IMG/VR virus record: IMGVR_UViG_2684622675_000002 | Coordinates: 46,001 to 66,000 of that record | Length of the DNA stretch: 20,000 bases | Origin: an uncultured virus (IMG/VR IMGVR_UViG_2684622675_000002) | Taxonomy: Duplodnaviria > Heunggongvirae > Uroviricota > Caudoviricetes | Reading direction: 5' to 3' (one strand) | In this document: in pieces, positions 17,584-20,000 of the stretch | Position numbering within the stretch: position 1 is the first letter of the stretch | How the letters are laid out: each line of letters starts with the position of its first letter | Translations under genes and position numbers: made by a program | The notes under the pieces: generated by a model | What the model was told of the DNA's origin: nothing | The model's database searches: none | What the model saw: only the letters and a program-made list of their open reading frames with translations

Positions 17584-19020
17584 ATGGAAAACCCAAAATT
17601 ATTCATTTCTTACAGTTGGTCTAACCCAACCCATGAACAATGGGTGATCGACTTAGCTAACGAGCTAACAGAATCTGGTGTTCATGTAATTCTTGATAAA
17701 TGGGATCTAAAAGAAGGTCATGATTCAGTTGCTTTTATGGAAAAGATGGTTACAGATCCCCAGATAACCAAGGTAGCTATCATATGTGACGAGATATACG
17801 CAACAAAAGCTGATGGTCGTGCTGGAGGTGTAGGTACTGAAACTCAAATCATCTCTCGTGAAGTTTATGAGAATCAAGAACAAGGAAAATTTGTAGCGAT
17901 CATTCCTGAGAGAGATTCCCAGGGTAAAGCATACCTACCGACATATTATAAATCCCGAATATATATTGATTTAAGCGAAGCCGACAGCTATACCGATAAT
18001 TTCGAAAAACTGTTACGTTGGGTATATGACAAACCCCTTTATACGAGGCCTGTGATAGGAAAACAGCCTTCTTTTTTGGATAAATCAGATGGAATATCGC
18101 TGGGAACAACATCAATACACAAGAGAGCTATATCAGCAATTAAAGAAAATAAACCATTTATATCAGGTGCATTGGACGAGTATTTTTCTACCTTTAGTAG
18201 TAATCTTGAAAAATTTAGAATCACTGATAAAGAAGGTGAGTTTGATGATAAAATCATTGCCAGTATAGATGATTTTACCCCGTACAGGAACGAGGCAATT
18301 ACATTATTTATTGCTCTCGCACAATATGCACCAACAGAAGAAAACATCCTTAAAGTTCATCGTTTCTTTGAAGCCTTGATCCCCTATATGAGTCACCCTG
18401 TAAATGGTAACCACTGGAATGAATGGGACTTCGATAATTTTAAGTTTATTATTCATGAACTTTTCCTATATGTGGTCGCTATTTTCACAAAATATGAAAA
18501 GTTCACAGAGGTTAACGTATTATTGTCACAGCAATACTATGTAAAAGAAAGAACTAATTATGGTAAGAATCCAATGGTTGGATATGAGGTTTTCCGAGAA
18601 TACTTACGTTCCTTAGGGCATCGAAATGAACGGTTGAAACTAGGTCGTTTATCTATTTGTGCAGATCTACTTGAGCAAAGAAGTAAAAGTTCTGGTATAG
18701 AATTTCGTTATTTAATGCAAGCTGATTTTATATTATTTATTCGAAATGGAATGCAGAAAACTGGCCTTTATACCCGTTGGTTTCCAGACACTTTACTGTA
18801 TGTTGGTCATTTTCATAGTGCATTTGAAATTTTTGCAAGATCTTCATCAAAGTCATACTTTGAAAAATCAAAATGTATTCTAGGCATAGATAAACCATCA
18901 GATCTTAATGAGTTGATGGAGGCTTATAGAACAGATACTCAAAGTGTACCAAGATGGCAGTTCGAGTCATTTATCCCTTCGGTATTACTTGGCTTTGAAC
19001 AATTAGCAACAAAAGTATAA
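17584..19020 (+). CDS. SEFIR/TIR-domain anti-phage protein (putative NADase), 478 aa
   Basis: KLFISYSW...WV..LA..L...GV.VILDKWDL..G.D...FME and GGVGTE (putative catalytic Glu), plus a helical C-terminal domain. Confidence 0.88.
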   Translation: MENPKLFISYSWSNPTHEQWVIDLANELTESGVHVILDKWDLKEGHDSVAFMEKMVTDPQITKVAIICDEIYATKADGRAGGVGTETQIISREVYENQEQGKFVAIIPERDSQGKAYLPTYYKSRIYIDLSEADSYTDNFEKLLRWVYDKPLYTRPVIGKQPSFLDKSDGISLGTTSIHKRAISAIKENKPFISGALDEYFSTFSSNLEKFRITDKEGEFDDKIIASIDDFTPYRNEAITLFIALAQYAPTEENILKVHRFFEALIPYMSHPVNGNHWNEWDFDNFKFIIHELFLYVVAIFTKYEKFTEVNVLLSQQYYVKERTNYGKNPMVGYEVFREYLRSLGHRNERLKLGRLSICADLLEQRSKSSGIEFRYLMQADFILFIRNGMQKTGLYTRWFPDTLLYVGHFHSAFEIFARSSSKSYFEKSKCILGIDKPSDLNELMEAYRTDTQSVPRWQFESFIPSVLLGFEQLATKV

Positions 19021-19084
19021 CAAGAAATTGCTATCGGAGAATTTTTCACCTGCGCTCAAAATTATTCAGAGCGCAGCGTTTGAG
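19015..19084 (+). other. Degenerate integron attC-like site (70 bp)
   Basis: GTATAAC (includes the stop codon) ... AATTTT-tcacctgcgctc-AAAATT ... GCGCAGC-GTTTGAG. Confidence 0.6.
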
Positions 19085-19213
19085 TCTATTTCTTTGTTAT
19101 AATAGTCCGAGGTATTTCCTGTGAGTAGCTCCATGTCAAGAGCAAAAGTTGATATATCTCTTTGTTTTATTCCGTTCTGTAGATTTGTGTTTTACTATTA
19201 AAGTTTTCTTGTA

Positions 19214-19615
19214 TTGGAGAATGATACAATGGGTTTTATTATGAATGATGTTATGTGGTGGAAAATATCGCTTAATGGGTTTATGAATGGCTGGTTACCT
19301 GGCATTCTGACATTTCTATTAGGGTTGTGGTTTTCTAAAATATCTGACCGGAGAAAGCTTAGGCAGAAACTGAAGAATGATATTCTGGAGACTTTCATTC
19401 CTTTTTTTAATTCTGGCGAAACTATATCAATATCTATCGCAGAAGATGCTTGTCAAAAAATCAGAATGACGTTTAAGGCCTACAAAAGAATCTATCCAAA
19501 TATATTAAATAGGGAATCAGAAAAGAAATTAGGAGAATTACTCAACGAAGGTTTTGTAGTGAATAATACAGTAAATAAAAAATTTCTAGAGCCTGAATAC
19601 ATCCAAAACTTATAG
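19214..19615 (+). CDS. Hypothetical protein with N-terminal TM helix (start may be ATG 19229 or 19241)
   Basis: ORF track; GWLPGILTFLLGLWFS hydrophobic segment followed by basic residues; AT-rich. Confidence 0.65.
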   Translation: MENDTMGFIMNDVMWWKISLNGFMNGWLPGILTFLLGLWFSKISDRRKLRQKLKNDILETFIPFFNSGETISISIAEDACQKIRMTFKAYKRIYPNILNRESEKKLGELLNEGFVVNNTVNKKFLEPEYIQNL

Positions 19616-19787
19616 TTGGTGTATTGGGTTACGAATGGTTACCTCACCAGTGAAGATAATAAATAATGTAATTTTTCGTTTACCGCGTCGGATTTAGAAA
19701 ATGAGCACCGGTGGCACTTTGGCTGCTTCACGTTCTTAGCAGACTGTTAGATTGAGTGGCGATTAATCTACATTACAGCATCAGTAA

Positions 19788-20000
19788 TTATTTGAGGGCG
19801 TGATTCACAATGACGAACAGAACCAATAACAGAATAAATCCGATGATGCCTAAAATAATGCTGGTATTACTGTCCATGTGCATATTACCTTTGCCTGCCA
19901 TCAGGTAAGCAGCAATAACGAAAGGAATGCAGAGAGCAGGGTGGATGGTGATCATTACGGCGGCCAGTATTAGGCAGACTATAAATAGTGTTGATGTCAT
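19788..20000 (-). CDS. Small hydrophobic phage membrane protein, 70 aa
   Basis: Almost entirely hydrophobic; the diverged copy at 16429-16509 preserves the frame, which supports coding. Confidence 0.75.
   Translation of the reverse strand: MTSTLFIVCLILAAVMITIHPALCIPFVIAAYLMAGKGNMHMDSNTSIILGIIGFILLLVLFVIVNHALK

Noticed and set aside
194..18347. Numerous short antisense or alternate-frame ORFs (e.g. 194..424, 2841..3041, 3412..3624, 6111..6521, 8167..8484, 11906..12307, 14410..14802, 18039..18347)
   Set aside because: They overlap well-supported genes and have no recognisable motifs or RBS.

Overview
This window is a degraded prophage and accessory region from an enterobacterium (a Yersinia-like host is my inference from composition and gene content). 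It is built from three sequence blocks joined by single Ns at 4152 and 5537. Left (1-3000): AT-rich cargo, namely a translationally coupled operon (SLATT/DUF4231-like membrane protein, unknown 210 aa protein, partial ORF) and an XRE-HTH + HExxH (ImmA/IrrE-like) peptidase + small Cys-rich protein module with a predicted SymR-like antisense RNA in its spacer. Middle-left (3070-6350): three partly duplicated copies of an attP-like site. The core matches the 3' terminator half of the SdsR/RyeB sRNA, IHF and arm-type sites flank it, and each copy is followed by a broken lambda-family integrase. Centre (6073-15614): 933W/phi24B-like virion ejection-protein genes and a large polyvalent protein gene that appears internally deleted and frameshifted. 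These genes are fused directly to the truncated integrase, so most of the phage is missing, and two AT-rich morons are inserted. Right (15500-20000): a cargo hotspot in which two different cassettes are stacked, each bounded by diverged copies of the same two phage gene ends. Cassette 1 carries a lipoprotein. Cassette 2 carries HEPN-AbiV and SEFIR/TIR defence genes, each followed by a degenerate integron attC-like site, plus a small unknown gene. All family assignments come from motif recognition without database searches.
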